Under the pieces are notes generated by a model. It saw only the letters and a list, made by a program, of their open reading frames with translations. It was not told the DNA's origin and searched no databases. From Candidatus Uhrbacteria bacterium (GTDB lineage: Bacteria; Patescibacteriota; Patescibacteriia; UBA9934; UBA10169): DNA of 64,000 nucleotides. The DNA lies in contig JACPJO010000002.1 in assembly GCA_016187485.1 (NCBI GenBank), forward strand, positions 27,912 to 91,911. The letters run 5' to 3'. Every line of letters begins with the position of its first letter. Position 1 is the stretch's first letter. Both the position numbers and the translations under genes were made by a program. This document shows positions 18,979-28,333 of the stretch, piece after piece.

Positions 18979-19647
18979 TCACATTCCAAGCGCCTTTCTC
19001 ATCTCTTCTAGCGCCGTATGTGGATTTCTCCCTGCAAAAATGCTTGAGCTCGCGCAAAAACGGGTGATTCCGGCCTGAAGGAAGCGGAGGATATTTTGGG
19101 CTGTTACCCCCCCGTCGGCGCCAAGCAAGATGTCGGGATAGCGCCGGTGAATTTCCACGACTTTCGCCAAGAGATCATCTTCGTGAATCCCGTGCGCGGG
19201 GTCGCCGATTCCTTGTCCCGAAGCGCCTGGGTGGACGGTCATGAGAAGGAGTTCGTCCAGAAGATGAATGGCGTGGTGCGCTTCCTCGACGGGCGTTTCT
19301 GGATTCAAGGCGAGGCCGGCATCAAGATGCATGCCATGAATCGCTTCGATGATAGGCTCGTGCTGGCGATCGAGTTCGGCGTGGAAGATCACGCGCGAGA
19401 GCCCGGTTACCTCTTCTTTCCATGTGCGTGCGACGGCAAGCGGATTTTCCACCATGAGGTGCAGTTCAAACTGTACAGACGTATCGAGTGATCCTACGGC
19501 GCGCGCGTCGGCCCAACTCATGTGGGGGAAGAGTGTGCCGTCCAACACGTCTACGTGCACCACAGATGCGTAGGCCTCCACGGCACGGAGCTGTGTGACA
19601 AACTGCTCTTTGGATTCGGCAAGAATGGCAGGAAGGATCTCGGTCAT
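18979..19647 (-). CDS. rpe: Ribulose-phosphate 3-epimerase
   Basis: HVDVLDG, ELHLMV, GLALNPETP, LMTVHPGASGQ, ADGG. Confidence 0.92.
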   Translation of the reverse strand: MTEILPAILAESKEQFVTQLRAVEAYASVVHVDVLDGTLFPHMSWADARAVGSLDTSVQFELHLMVENPLAVARTWKEEVTGLSRVIFHAELDRQHEPIIEAIHGMHLDAGLALNPETPVEEAHHAIHLLDELLLMTVHPGASGQGIGDPAHGIHEDDLLAKVVEIHRRYPDILLGADGGVTAQNILRFLQAGITRFCASSSIFAGRNPHTALEEMRKALGM

Positions 19648-20084
19648 ACCATTTTGGCGATGCGGCGCGCATGTCGCGGGGCGTTGGAGAAGGGAGTTTG
19701 CAAAAACATTGTGACAATGGCGATGGCCTCCTCTTTGGAGAGAACGCGGCCGGCGAGACACAAGACATTCGCGTCGTTGTCTTCACGCATGATCCGTGCC
19801 GCGTCTTTTGTGTAGCCAATGCCAGCGCGCACACCGGCTACTTTATTGGCAGCCATGCATGACCCTTGCCCGCTCCCGCAAATCACGATGCCTTTACTCC
19901 CTGCGTCCGTGGCGGCGCGCAGGGCGGTCGGCCGGGCAAAATCGGGATAATCGTCGTCGGGAACAAGGTGAGCGTTGCCGAGATCCACGACCTCATAATG
20001 CTCCGTCGCAAGGTGTTCTTTTATGGCCTCTTTTAACTCCCAACCCGCATGGTCGGCCCCGAGGTAGATTCGCGTTTGTTCCAT
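19644..20084 (-). CDS. rpiB: Ribose-5-phosphate isomerase B
   Basis: GADHAG, DYPD, ICGSGQG, ANKVAGVRA, NDANVLCL, RHARRI. Confidence 0.95.
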   Translation of the reverse strand: MEQTRIYLGADHAGWELKEAIKEHLATEHYEVVDLGNAHLVPDDDYPDFARPTALRAATDAGSKGIVICGSGQGSCMAANKVAGVRAGIGYTKDAARIMREDNDANVLCLAGRVLSKEEAIAIVTMFLQTPFSNAPRHARRIAKMV

Positions 20085-20125
20085 AATGACGCCATTATAG
20101 CATTGTGTTAGCATACCCTCATTCT

Positions 20126-23038
20126 ATGGATCAAAAACGGCCATTTCCCGAGATGGAAGAAGAAGTTCTCAAGTTTTGGGAGAAACAAGAAATCTTCAAA
20201 AAGACGCTTGAAAAGAATGCTCCGCACGGGGAGTTTGTCTTTTACGATGGACCGCCATTTGCAACCGGCCTTCCTCACTACGGGCACATTCTCGCCTCGA
20301 CGATCAAAGACGTTATTCCGCGTTACAAAACCATGCAAGGCTATCATGTCCGTCGCGTGTGGGGATGGGATTGCCACGGCCTTCCCATTGAAAATATCGT
20401 TGAGGGGCAGATGGAGATTTCCGGCAAGAAGCAGATCGAAGAAAAAGGCGTGGAGCAATTTAATCGCACATGCCGTGAGTGCGTGTTGAAGTATGCAACC
20501 GAATGGGGGCGCACCGTACGACGAATCGGTCGATGGGTGGATTTCGAGCATGCGTACAAGACCATGGATACTCCCTATATGGAGTCGGTGTGGTGGGGAG
20601 TAAAACAGATTTGGGAGAAAGGGTTGTTGTACGAAGGACGCAAAGTGCTTCTCTATTGTCCGCGTTGCGAAACGCCAATTTCGAATTTTGAAGTTGCGAT
20701 GGATAACAGTTACAAAGATGTTACGGAAGAGTCGGTGTATGTGAAGTTTAAGGTGAAGGACCCGGCGTCACACGGCCTGCCGAAGAATACGTATCTTTTG
20801 GCATGGACGACGACGCCGTGGACGCTGCCTGGAAATGTGGCGCTCGCGGTGGGGAAGGATATTGAATATGCTGTCGCTGTGCAGTCCAGGGAACATCTCA
20901 TTTTTGCAAAAACATTCAGCAATTTGGTGCCAGGTACCGAAATACTCAGTAAAACGGTGCTAGGCACCGATTTGGATGGGGTTGAATACGAGCCGCTTTT
21001 TGAGGTTCCAGCGCTTGCGGCGACGGGGAGGAAATCTCACTACGTGACAACGGCGGATTTTGTGACAACCGACGAGGGTACAGGCATCGTACACACGGCC
21101 GTAGTTTACGGTGAAGACGACTACAAACTTGGACTCGATCGCGACTTGCCCGTTGTGCCGCTATTGGATGCACAGGGACATTTTAATGAAGAAGCGCCGG
21201 AGCTTATTCGTGGGCAGTATTTCAAAAAAGCAGAAAAGGTGATCAAAGATGATCTTGCTGCGCGCGGGCTGCTCTTCAAAAAAGAGCAGAACACACATAG
21301 CTATCCGCACTGCTGGCGTTGCTCTACCCCACTTTTTTACAACGCGATTCCGGCGTGGTTTATCAATATCCAAAAAATCAAACAGCGAATGCTCGAGTTG
21401 AACGAGGACATCCACTGGTATCCTGAACACTTGAAGCATGGGCGGTTTTTGCATGGACTCGAGAACGCGCCGGACTGGAACATCTCACGTAACCGTTATT
21501 GGGCCACGCCGATTCCGATTTGGAAATGTGAAAAGGACGTGTTACATATGACGTGCATCGGTTCGGTTGAGGAACTTCGAACAAAAGCGAAAAACTTCGA
21601 CGCGGTGTATGGATCGGGGGTGAGACTTGAGAATCTTGATCTGCACAAACCTTTCATCGACGAGGTCGTTCTTTCATGCGACTGCGGCGGGGAGATGAGG
21701 CGCATCCCCGAGGTGATTGATTGTTGGGTGGAGTCTGCTTCCATGCCGTTTGCGGAGCTTCACGCGCCGTTTGAGAACAACGAACTGTTCAAACAACGTT
21801 ACCCCGCGCAATTCGTAGCGGAATACATTGCGCAAACGCGCGCGTGGTTCTATGTGTCGTATGTCATGAGCACGATCCTCTTTGACCGTGCGCCGTTTGA
21901 AAATGTCGTGACGACCGGTACGATTCTGAACGAAAAAGGTGAGAAACTCTCAAAGTCCAAAAAGAACTACACCGACCCCGACATCATCTTGGACAAGTTC
22001 GGCGCGGATGCGTTACGGTTTTACCTCATGAGTTCGGTCGTCATGAAAGCGGACAACCTCTTTTTCTCCGATCGCGAAGTGGATGAGGTGGTAAAGAAGG
22101 TTTTGAATCTCTTTTGGAACTGCGCGCAGTTTTATAAGCAGTACCAGGTACAACACTCGGTGTTGTCAAAAACGACACCGAGTGTTGTATATGTGCTTGA
22201 CCGGTGGATTTTGGCGCGGCTTGATGAGCTCGCCGCGGTTCTCACGGTTGCTCTCGATGCCTACGACACGCCTCTTTCGTGCCGGCTCATCCGGGAGTTT
22301 ATCGACGATCTCTCGACCTGGTACGTTCGTCGCTCGCGTGAGCGGTTCAAGAGTGACAACAAAGCCGACAAACAGGCGGCGATGGGGACGCTTCGTCATG
22401 TGCTCCTCGAACTCTCCAAACTCCTGGCACCATTTACCCCGTTCATTGCCGAGAAGCTGTATCGAGATTTGGGTGGGGAGAAGGAGAGCGTGCATTTAGA
22501 GGACTGGCCAACAGTCTCGAGTGATGGCGTATCTCGTGTGGAGGTACTCCAGGGGATGCATCTTGTCCGAAACATTGTCACAATTGCGCTTGAGCGTCGT
22601 GCTGCGGCGAAAATCCCCGTCCGCCAGCCGTTGGCGAAGCTTACTGTAACGTCTGCGGGCGAATTATCAGATGAACTTCTTGAGATCATTGCGGACGAAG
22701 TGAACGTGAAAGAAGTGAAACAGGAACCCGGCAACGGGCAACTGGCAGCCGAGCTCGACACCACTCTCACGCCCGAGCTCATCTCTGAAGGCATAGCGCG
22801 CGAAGTGATCCGGCGGGTGAATGATATGCGCAAACAAAAGGGGCTCACGGTAGCCGAGCAGATCGTTTTGTCTATTTTGCCAGATCCCAACGCCCAGATT
22901 CTTCCGCATGCGTTATCCACGCACAGAGAAATGATCCTCAAGGCCACACACGCAGATGCTCTCGAGGTGCGTGAAGTCGAAGGAATGGAGACCTTTGATG
23001 TTGGGGAGGCACTTCGGATCGGTCTTGAGGTATCATAA
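20126..23038 (+). CDS. ileS: Isoleucine-tRNA ligase (IleRS2-type)
   Basis: FYDGPPFATGLPHYGH, GWDCHGLP, WTTTPWTLP, DWNISRNRYW, KLSKS; eukaryote-like C-terminus without a Zn finger. Confidence 0.95.
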   Translation: MDQKRPFPEMEEEVLKFWEKQEIFKKTLEKNAPHGEFVFYDGPPFATGLPHYGHILASTIKDVIPRYKTMQGYHVRRVWGWDCHGLPIENIVEGQMEISGKKQIEEKGVEQFNRTCRECVLKYATEWGRTVRRIGRWVDFEHAYKTMDTPYMESVWWGVKQIWEKGLLYEGRKVLLYCPRCETPISNFEVAMDNSYKDVTEESVYVKFKVKDPASHGLPKNTYLLAWTTTPWTLPGNVALAVGKDIEYAVAVQSREHLIFAKTFSNLVPGTEILSKTVLGTDLDGVEYEPLFEVPALAATGRKSHYVTTADFVTTDEGTGIVHTAVVYGEDDYKLGLDRDLPVVPLLDAQGHFNEEAPELIRGQYFKKAEKVIKDDLAARGLLFKKEQNTHSYPHCWRCSTPLFYNAIPAWFINIQKIKQRMLELNEDIHWYPEHLKHGRFLHGLENAPDWNISRNRYWATPIPIWKCEKDVLHMTCIGSVEELRTKAKNFDAVYGSGVRLENLDLHKPFIDEVVLSCDCGGEMRRIPEVIDCWVESASMPFAELHAPFENNELFKQRYPAQFVAEYIAQTRAWFYVSYVMSTILFDRAPFENVVTTGTILNEKGEKLSKSKKNYTDPDIILDKFGADALRFYLMSSVVMKADNLFFSDREVDEVVKKVLNLFWNCAQFYKQYQVQHSVLSKTTPSVVYVLDRWILARLDELAAVLTVALDAYDTPLSCRLIREFIDDLSTWYVRRSRERFKSDNKADKQAAMGTLRHVLLELSKLLAPFTPFIAEKLYRDLGGEKESVHLEDWPTVSSDGVSRVEVLQGMHLVRNIVTIALERRAAAKIPVRQPLAKLTVTSAGELSDELLEIIADEVNVKEVKQEPGNGQLAAELDTTLTPELISEGIAREVIRRVNDMRKQKGLTVAEQIVLSILPDPNAQILPHALSTHREMILKATHADALEVREVEGMETFDVGEALRIGLEVS

Positions 23039-23042
23039 GCAC

Positions 23043-23921
23043 ATGAATCCCGCACGGACACTTCTTATTGTTCCCCCAAACGATGAAGAGGCCTACTTGA
23101 TCGCCGAGATCGGGGAACGACTTGGCATGCAGGTCTATCGTTCGTCTCAACCTCATGGTGCCCGTCTTGAAAAAGAGCCGGGCGTGTGCGCGTTTATCAA
23201 AAAGTCTTCTGCCGATACGGTTGTTGTTGTCGAAATGCCGGGATTGAAGACGGAGGGGGAAATCCGCCGACTCGGCCGCCACCTTGTTATTATTGATCAC
23301 CACAATTACACCGACCTTGATCGTGCGCATGCGCTAGACGGGACGCCGCTCCCAAGCTCGCTTGAGCAATTTCTTCGTTTATTTGACGTGACGGATGAGC
23401 AACTGGACCGTTTTGGATATGTGCCGCGTTTTGTACGCGCGGTCGGTCTATGGGATGCAGGGTACATATGGGCCCTGTTTGACGCAGGATTTTCGCGCGA
23501 AGATATGGAGAAGTTTCTTGTCTTCAAAGATGAGATTGCTTTGCGTGTTGGCGCCGCGGAAGTCGCACCGCACAACAAAGAGATGGCGAAGGGAGCATGG
23601 GAACAGCGGGAGACGTTTGGAGATTTTCTTATTGTGACAAGTCTCGACCCCATCGCGCAGATCCGTTCGAACGTCTCGCGCCTGGCGGCCATGGAATTTT
23701 GGCGCCCAACCCCCATGATCATTTCGGAGCGCGGCGGTAAACGTTTGTACGTGCAAGAAACGGATCATGCGCTTGACCTCTTTCACCACTTTGGCGGGTT
23801 TACGTTTGGGACAGATCGTAATTGGGGGTACGATAACGATACCGAGAAAGTGTCCTGCACGCTCTCGGACGTGAAAACATTTTTGTATGACACGCGAAAA
23901 ACCCATGATGCGGGGATTTGA
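23043..23921 (+). CDS. DHH-family phosphoesterase, NrN-like
   Basis: NDEE, VVE, IIDHHN, PSSLEQ, DAGYI motifs in DHH order. Confidence 0.65.
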   Translation: MNPARTLLIVPPNDEEAYLIAEIGERLGMQVYRSSQPHGARLEKEPGVCAFIKKSSADTVVVVEMPGLKTEGEIRRLGRHLVIIDHHNYTDLDRAHALDGTPLPSSLEQFLRLFDVTDEQLDRFGYVPRFVRAVGLWDAGYIWALFDAGFSREDMEKFLVFKDEIALRVGAAEVAPHNKEMAKGAWEQRETFGDFLIVTSLDPIAQIRSNVSRLAAMEFWRPTPMIISERGGKRLYVQETDHALDLFHHFGGFTFGTDRNWGYDNDTEKVSCTLSDVKTFLYDTRKTHDAGI

Positions 23922-24534
23922 AGCGGAGTGGGCCGAAATCGACGAGGTGCGCACGGCCTATGCGGAGCTATTGGAAAAAGTCCGCGCCGCGGCAACTCTT
24001 GGCCAGCCGACGCGCAAACACGTGCTCTCCCATCCTGACACAAAGGGAATGGATCCGCTGGTGGTGGACTTGGTGTGTCTGCTTGATGACGCAGAGCGGC
24101 TCTTCGATCAGCGACGGGATGCGGTGGCCTATGAGCGCATTGAACACGTCGTTGCCACACACAGACACCCTGTTCTCTCCACCATGCGGATTTTGGAGGC
24201 GCTTGTGTGGGAACTCTCTCCGGCACATGTTATTGAACACATGCTGTACGCGGAGAACGAGGCGCACCCAGAGTATCGAGATGCGGCACAAAAGAGACGC
24301 GTGGCGGTACTCGCGCGCCGGTGGCAGGACGCGTTTCACGCTCACGGGCTTGATGGGGTGGCTCTTGGCCGGCTGCTTGCCATAAAACCAGGCCCGGGTC
24401 TTGGGCAACAGCTGAAAGAAATCCAGGCTTTTGCCAAAGGGGAGAGGGCAGAGCTTCCGGATGTTCCTCTTCCCGCTCGCGAAACACTCCTTCGCGCCGT
24501 GGATGGGGCTCGTGCTATGATGGCCGCCGTATGA
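23887..24534 (+). CDS. Hypothetical helical protein with CCA-enzyme tail-like motif
   Basis: Overlaps both neighbours; LDGVALGRLLAIKPGPGLG near the C-terminus. Confidence 0.65.
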   Translation: MTREKPMMRGFEAEWAEIDEVRTAYAELLEKVRAAATLGQPTRKHVLSHPDTKGMDPLVVDLVCLLDDAERLFDQRRDAVAYERIEHVVATHRHPVLSTMRILEALVWELSPAHVIEHMLYAENEAHPEYRDAAQKRRVAVLARRWQDAFHAHGLDGVALGRLLAIKPGPGLGQQLKEIQAFAKGERAELPDVPLPARETLLRAVDGARAMMAAV

Positions 24535-25076
24535 TCGGACGTCTGCGGGGAACCGTTGTGCATCGAGGAGGGGATTATGTGTTGTTTGAGGTTGGCGCGG
24601 TAGCGTATCGGTTGGAAATACCTGCGGTTTCCGTGGCGCAGTTTGGCGGAGAGATGACCCTCTACACGCACGAAGTCGTGCGCGATGATGCGCATGAACT
24701 TTTTGCGTTTCTGACGCTTGAGGCTCTCGAGCTTTTTTGGAAGTTGATCGGCATCAGTGGAGTGGGGCCGAGGAGCGCGCAAAAGATCGTTTTTGCTGAC
24801 CATGTGGGCGTGGTGCGTGCGCATATTATGAAAGGCAACATTGCGTTCCTCACCCACATTCATGGTGTCGGCACAAAGACAGCGCAGAAAATCATCTTGG
24901 AGTTGAAGGGGGTGCTTATGGACGCGCCTGCGGGGCCGGTGGTAGATGTGGACGCACTCGATGCTTTACTTGGACTTGGGTACAAGCGTGCAGATGCGGT
25001 ACGGGCGCTCGAGGGGCTTTCCGGTTCGGCCGAGGAACAGGTACGCGCAGCGCTCAAACAGCTTGCGCGTCAGTAA
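24531..25076 (+). CDS. ruvA: Holliday junction DNA-binding protein RuvA
   Basis: MIGRLRG, LIGISGVGPRSA, GVGTKTAQKIILELK, ALLGLGY. Confidence 0.96.
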   Translation: MIGRLRGTVVHRGGDYVLFEVGAVAYRLEIPAVSVAQFGGEMTLYTHEVVRDDAHELFAFLTLEALELFWKLIGISGVGPRSAQKIVFADHVGVVRAHIMKGNIAFLTHIHGVGTKTAQKIILELKGVLMDAPAGPVVDVDALDALLGLGYKRADAVRALEGLSGSAEEQVRAALKQLARQ

Positions 25077-25077
25077 T

Positions 25078-25992
25078 ATGCGTGTCCGTCCTGTTTCAGA
25101 TGCCGGTCAGTGGGAAACCTTTGTTCTGGCGCACGCCCCCACAAGCGGTGCGTTTTTCTACGAGAGAGAAAATCGCGTTGAGTTCCTTGACGGAGAACGG
25201 CTCGTGGGAGTTGCCGTTGTCGAGAAACAACATACGCCGATGGGTTCCTATCTTTTTGTGCCGCGAGGCCCTCTTCTTGCCGATGGCGTTTCGTATCAAG
25301 AAGCGCTTCTTGCTCTTTGGGAGTTTTTTCCGGAGGCTCTCTTTATTCGTTTTGAACCGACGAAGGATGGAGACTACTCGTGGGCAACACGAACCGTGGA
25401 TGTGAACCCAAAGGAGACGCTCGTTCTTGATCTTACAAAATCGGAAGACGATCTTCTTGCCGCCATGCACCCAAAGACGCGCTACAACATCCGGCTTGCA
25501 CAGCGCAAGGGTGCCGTTGTGCGCGCTCTCGTGTCTTCGGAGTTTGACGTGGCGTGGAAAGTTTTTGAAGAAACAGCTCGACGCGATCATTTCCGCCTTC
25601 ACGCAAAGGCACATTACCAACATTTTCTGGAAACACTTTCTGCAAAGCTGATCGGGGTCTTCTCTGAGGGCCAACTATTGGCGGCGCACCTCATGGTGGA
25701 CGCGTATGGTACGCGCACATATCTTCACGGTGCCTCTTCTTCTCTCCATCGCGAGGTAATGGCGCCGTATCTTTTGCATTGGCAAGAGATCAAAGAGGCG
25801 AAAGACGCTGGATTAACCTGCTACGATTTTTGGGGCGTCTCAAACACAAAACCCGCCTGGGCGGGCATCACACGTTTCAAGCGCGGCTTTTCTGGTAAAG
25901 AAATTTCGTATCCGGGGACGTTTGATTATTACAGGTCCCCTTGGTCCTATAAGGCGTATACTTTTTTGCGTGCACTGCGCCGTTTTTTATAA
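25078..25992 (+). CDS. FemABX-family peptidoglycan peptidyltransferase
   Basis: PRGPL, LDLTKSEDDLLAAMHPKTRYNIRLA, YLHGAS, YDFWG, RFKRGF. Confidence 0.9.
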   Translation: MRVRPVSDAGQWETFVLAHAPTSGAFFYERENRVEFLDGERLVGVAVVEKQHTPMGSYLFVPRGPLLADGVSYQEALLALWEFFPEALFIRFEPTKDGDYSWATRTVDVNPKETLVLDLTKSEDDLLAAMHPKTRYNIRLAQRKGAVVRALVSSEFDVAWKVFEETARRDHFRLHAKAHYQHFLETLSAKLIGVFSEGQLLAAHLMVDAYGTRTYLHGASSSLHREVMAPYLLHWQEIKEAKDAGLTCYDFWGVSNTKPAWAGITRFKRGFSGKEISYPGTFDYYRSPWSYKAYTFLRALRRFL

Positions 25993-25996
25993 TCCC

Positions 25997-26073
25997 TGGT
26001 GCGCCCGACACGATTCGAACGTGTGACCTCTTCCTTCGGAGGGAAGCGCTCTATCCAGCTGAGCTACGGGCGC
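25997..26073 (-). tRNA. tRNA-Arg(CCG)
   Basis: GCGCCCG...CGGGCGC-ACCA, anticodon loop CTCCGAA. Confidence 0.96.
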
Positions 26074-26120
26074 ATGCGGCCGTATGGTATGCTAGGAGCA
26101 ATTAATCAGTCAATCACCCT

Positions 26121-26480
26121 ATGGCGCGCGAATCTTTTCCTTCCCCGGAGGCTGCACGGGCAGACGTCGTGGTCCCTCTCGGGGAATCTGTAGAGGCGGT
26201 AAATAACTCGTACGACAAACTATTAGGAGACCTCGGCCGCGTGAAAGCGGCGCTCGATGGTGCAAAGGAAGCCTATGAAGAGGCGCGGACAAGGGGGGAT
26301 CGCGCAGGCAAAGAGCGCCATGCCCACATGGAAATCGAACTCGGGCGCTACTACCTTAAACTTCTTGGTCAATTAAAGGAGACGCAACGGGCGCTCGACG
26401 GACTCATGGAAGGGTGGAAACTTGCACGTGAAGATGCGCAAAAACGTTATGGCGTTGAGTTTCCAAAAGTGACCGAATAA
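26121..26480 (+). CDS. Hypothetical coiled-coil protein
   Basis: 119-aa ORF filling the gap, heptad-like pattern. Confidence 0.65.
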   Translation: MARESFPSPEAARADVVVPLGESVEAVNNSYDKLLGDLGRVKAALDGAKEAYEEARTRGDRAGKERHAHMEIELGRYYLKLLGQLKETQRALDGLMEGWKLAREDAQKRYGVEFPKVTE

Positions 26481-26491
26481 CACACAGGCAA

Positions 26492-28330
26492 CTAGAGGGT
26501 TACTTTTCCGTCATCGGTGGCGAAAGAGTCGTCATCCAAGCGAGTCGTCAGTCCGGCGGCCTCTGCACGCAACGTAGTGCCGTCGGTGTTTTTTGCTGTC
26601 ACGGTGGCCTGTTCGGAAAGCGGAAGAATAGATCCAGCTTGATTCTCTGTTGGCGTCACTTCCACAAAGAATCGTGTCTGCGCGCTGTCCGTGAGTGAAG
26701 GAATACTCCACCGAACCTCGCGTGAAGCCGTGTCGAACGTCACAGCGCCCAGAGAGGCATCCCCCCCGTTCACGAACGTCACGCCCGCAGGAAGCACCGT
26801 CTTTCCCACGATCTCTGTGAGCGATTCCGTTGGTTTTTCTAAAGCCCAATCAATGGCATAGCGTGTTGTTTGGCCCACGGTCGGTGGAAGAGGGCCTGTG
26901 CCAAGTGGGCCGCCGTCCGCATCGTAGTAGCGCGCAGAGGCAAGAAGGGAGAGAGGACCGAAGAAGCGGATCGTAAGGGGGGCGACTTGTAGGGTGAGCG
27001 GCTTGCTCTCGACGATTCCCGACAGGGACACCATTATGTGGAGCACCTCTGAAAATCGTGCCGGGTTGAGTTCTTCGGGGGTGGCGAGGACGAGGTCAAT
27101 CACTCCCTCGGCGCCGGGCGCCACAAGGTCGAATGCCTCGCGCTCATTCTGCCCCCAACGCACAACATTGCTCTCACGTACGCCGTCAGCCAAGTTGGTG
27201 TCCTCTGACGACCACAGGACGGGAACTGTCCGTGTCCCCGACAGCGTAAGAGCGACGGCAAAATTCTTTATGGGTTTGCTTCCTGTGTGTTTCCAGGGCA
27301 GAGAGACACGGAGCGCTGTGCCTGCAGGTAGACTCTGGTCTTTTGCAGAGCCGTTTACAATAATATTTCCGTAGGCGGCGCCGGCATCAACAGCAATCGA
27401 GGAACGCTCTCGCGAGAGATTTACGTAGGTTCCGTCCTCTGCCTTCTTTGAAAGCTCGCTCCCAATTTCTTCTTCGCTTTTGGCGTTGCTGGCAAAACTT
27501 CCCTGCACGCGAAAGGTCGCTTTGCTGTGTGCTTCCGAACGCCCAATATCCCACATGCCTCCTTTAAGGGGCGGCTCGCTGCTTTGCACGACGAAACTAC
27601 CGGGGAGGAGCGGCTGTACACACAGATCTTCGGTCGCCGTGTCAGACGCGTTCAGTAAATTATAAGAAAGGGTGATGGTTTCTCCGGCTGATGCACGCTC
27701 CACGTCCTCCCTGGCAAGAGAGAGGGCGCTCTCCTGGAGCTCCACGTTGAAATTTTTAATGAGATCGAATTCGGCATTGAAGTTTGCGGGGCGATAGGAT
27801 GCGACGATCTGGATGCGCTCGGTGCTTGGTACAGATGTGAAGAATGTCCCGAAGAGTTCAACAGCGCCGTCCGAACCGCGGGAGAGCGATCCCAGCGGGA
27901 ACAGTCCTGTCTCATCTTGTTCGGGAGATGCGTGATCGAGAAAAAACGTCTTTGGCAGATGCACGCGGACGGAGAGCGAGGCGAGCGACACATCGCCCGT
28001 GTTTTGGTAGGTGAGGACTAAACGCGTGGGAACACCAACCGTCACGGGGGGTTCACTATTCAAGGCAAAAACCACCGGTTCGCCAGCGGATTCTTGGGAA
28101 AGAGCACCAAACAACATGAGTCCTCCCCACGTGACTGCGGCAAGCAGGAAGACGATGCCCGAAACCGCCCAGGCACGACTTCGCCACGAACGTGTCGGTT
28201 CGCGCAGCCTCTGAAAATCTGGCAACTCTCCATCCTCACGATAAATTCGATCGAGATCGCGGGTCACCGCTTCCTGCCGGCGTCGCAAACGCAGTCGCCC
28301 GTGCATGGGGTGGCGTGGAGGGAGTTTCAT
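26492..28330 (-). CDS. Membrane-anchored extracellular protein with multiple Ig-like (DUF11-like) domains
   Basis: Single N-terminal TM; repeated YxNxG..LP beta-sandwich motifs; GPLPPTVGQTTRY. Confidence 0.75.
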   Translation of the reverse strand: MKLPPRHPMHGRLRLRRRQEAVTRDLDRIYREDGELPDFQRLREPTRSWRSRAWAVSGIVFLLAAVTWGGLMLFGALSQESAGEPVVFALNSEPPVTVGVPTRLVLTYQNTGDVSLASLSVRVHLPKTFFLDHASPEQDETGLFPLGSLSRGSDGAVELFGTFFTSVPSTERIQIVASYRPANFNAEFDLIKNFNVELQESALSLAREDVERASAGETITLSYNLLNASDTATEDLCVQPLLPGSFVVQSSEPPLKGGMWDIGRSEAHSKATFRVQGSFASNAKSEEEIGSELSKKAEDGTYVNLSRERSSIAVDAGAAYGNIIVNGSAKDQSLPAGTALRVSLPWKHTGSKPIKNFAVALTLSGTRTVPVLWSSEDTNLADGVRESNVVRWGQNEREAFDLVAPGAEGVIDLVLATPEELNPARFSEVLHIMVSLSGIVESKPLTLQVAPLTIRFFGPLSLLASARYYDADGGPLGTGPLPPTVGQTTRYAIDWALEKPTESLTEIVGKTVLPAGVTFVNGGDASLGAVTFDTASREVRWSIPSLTDSAQTRFFVEVTPTENQAGSILPLSEQATVTAKNTDGTTLRAEAAGLTTRLDDDSFATDDGKVTL

Positions 28331-28333
28331 AGG

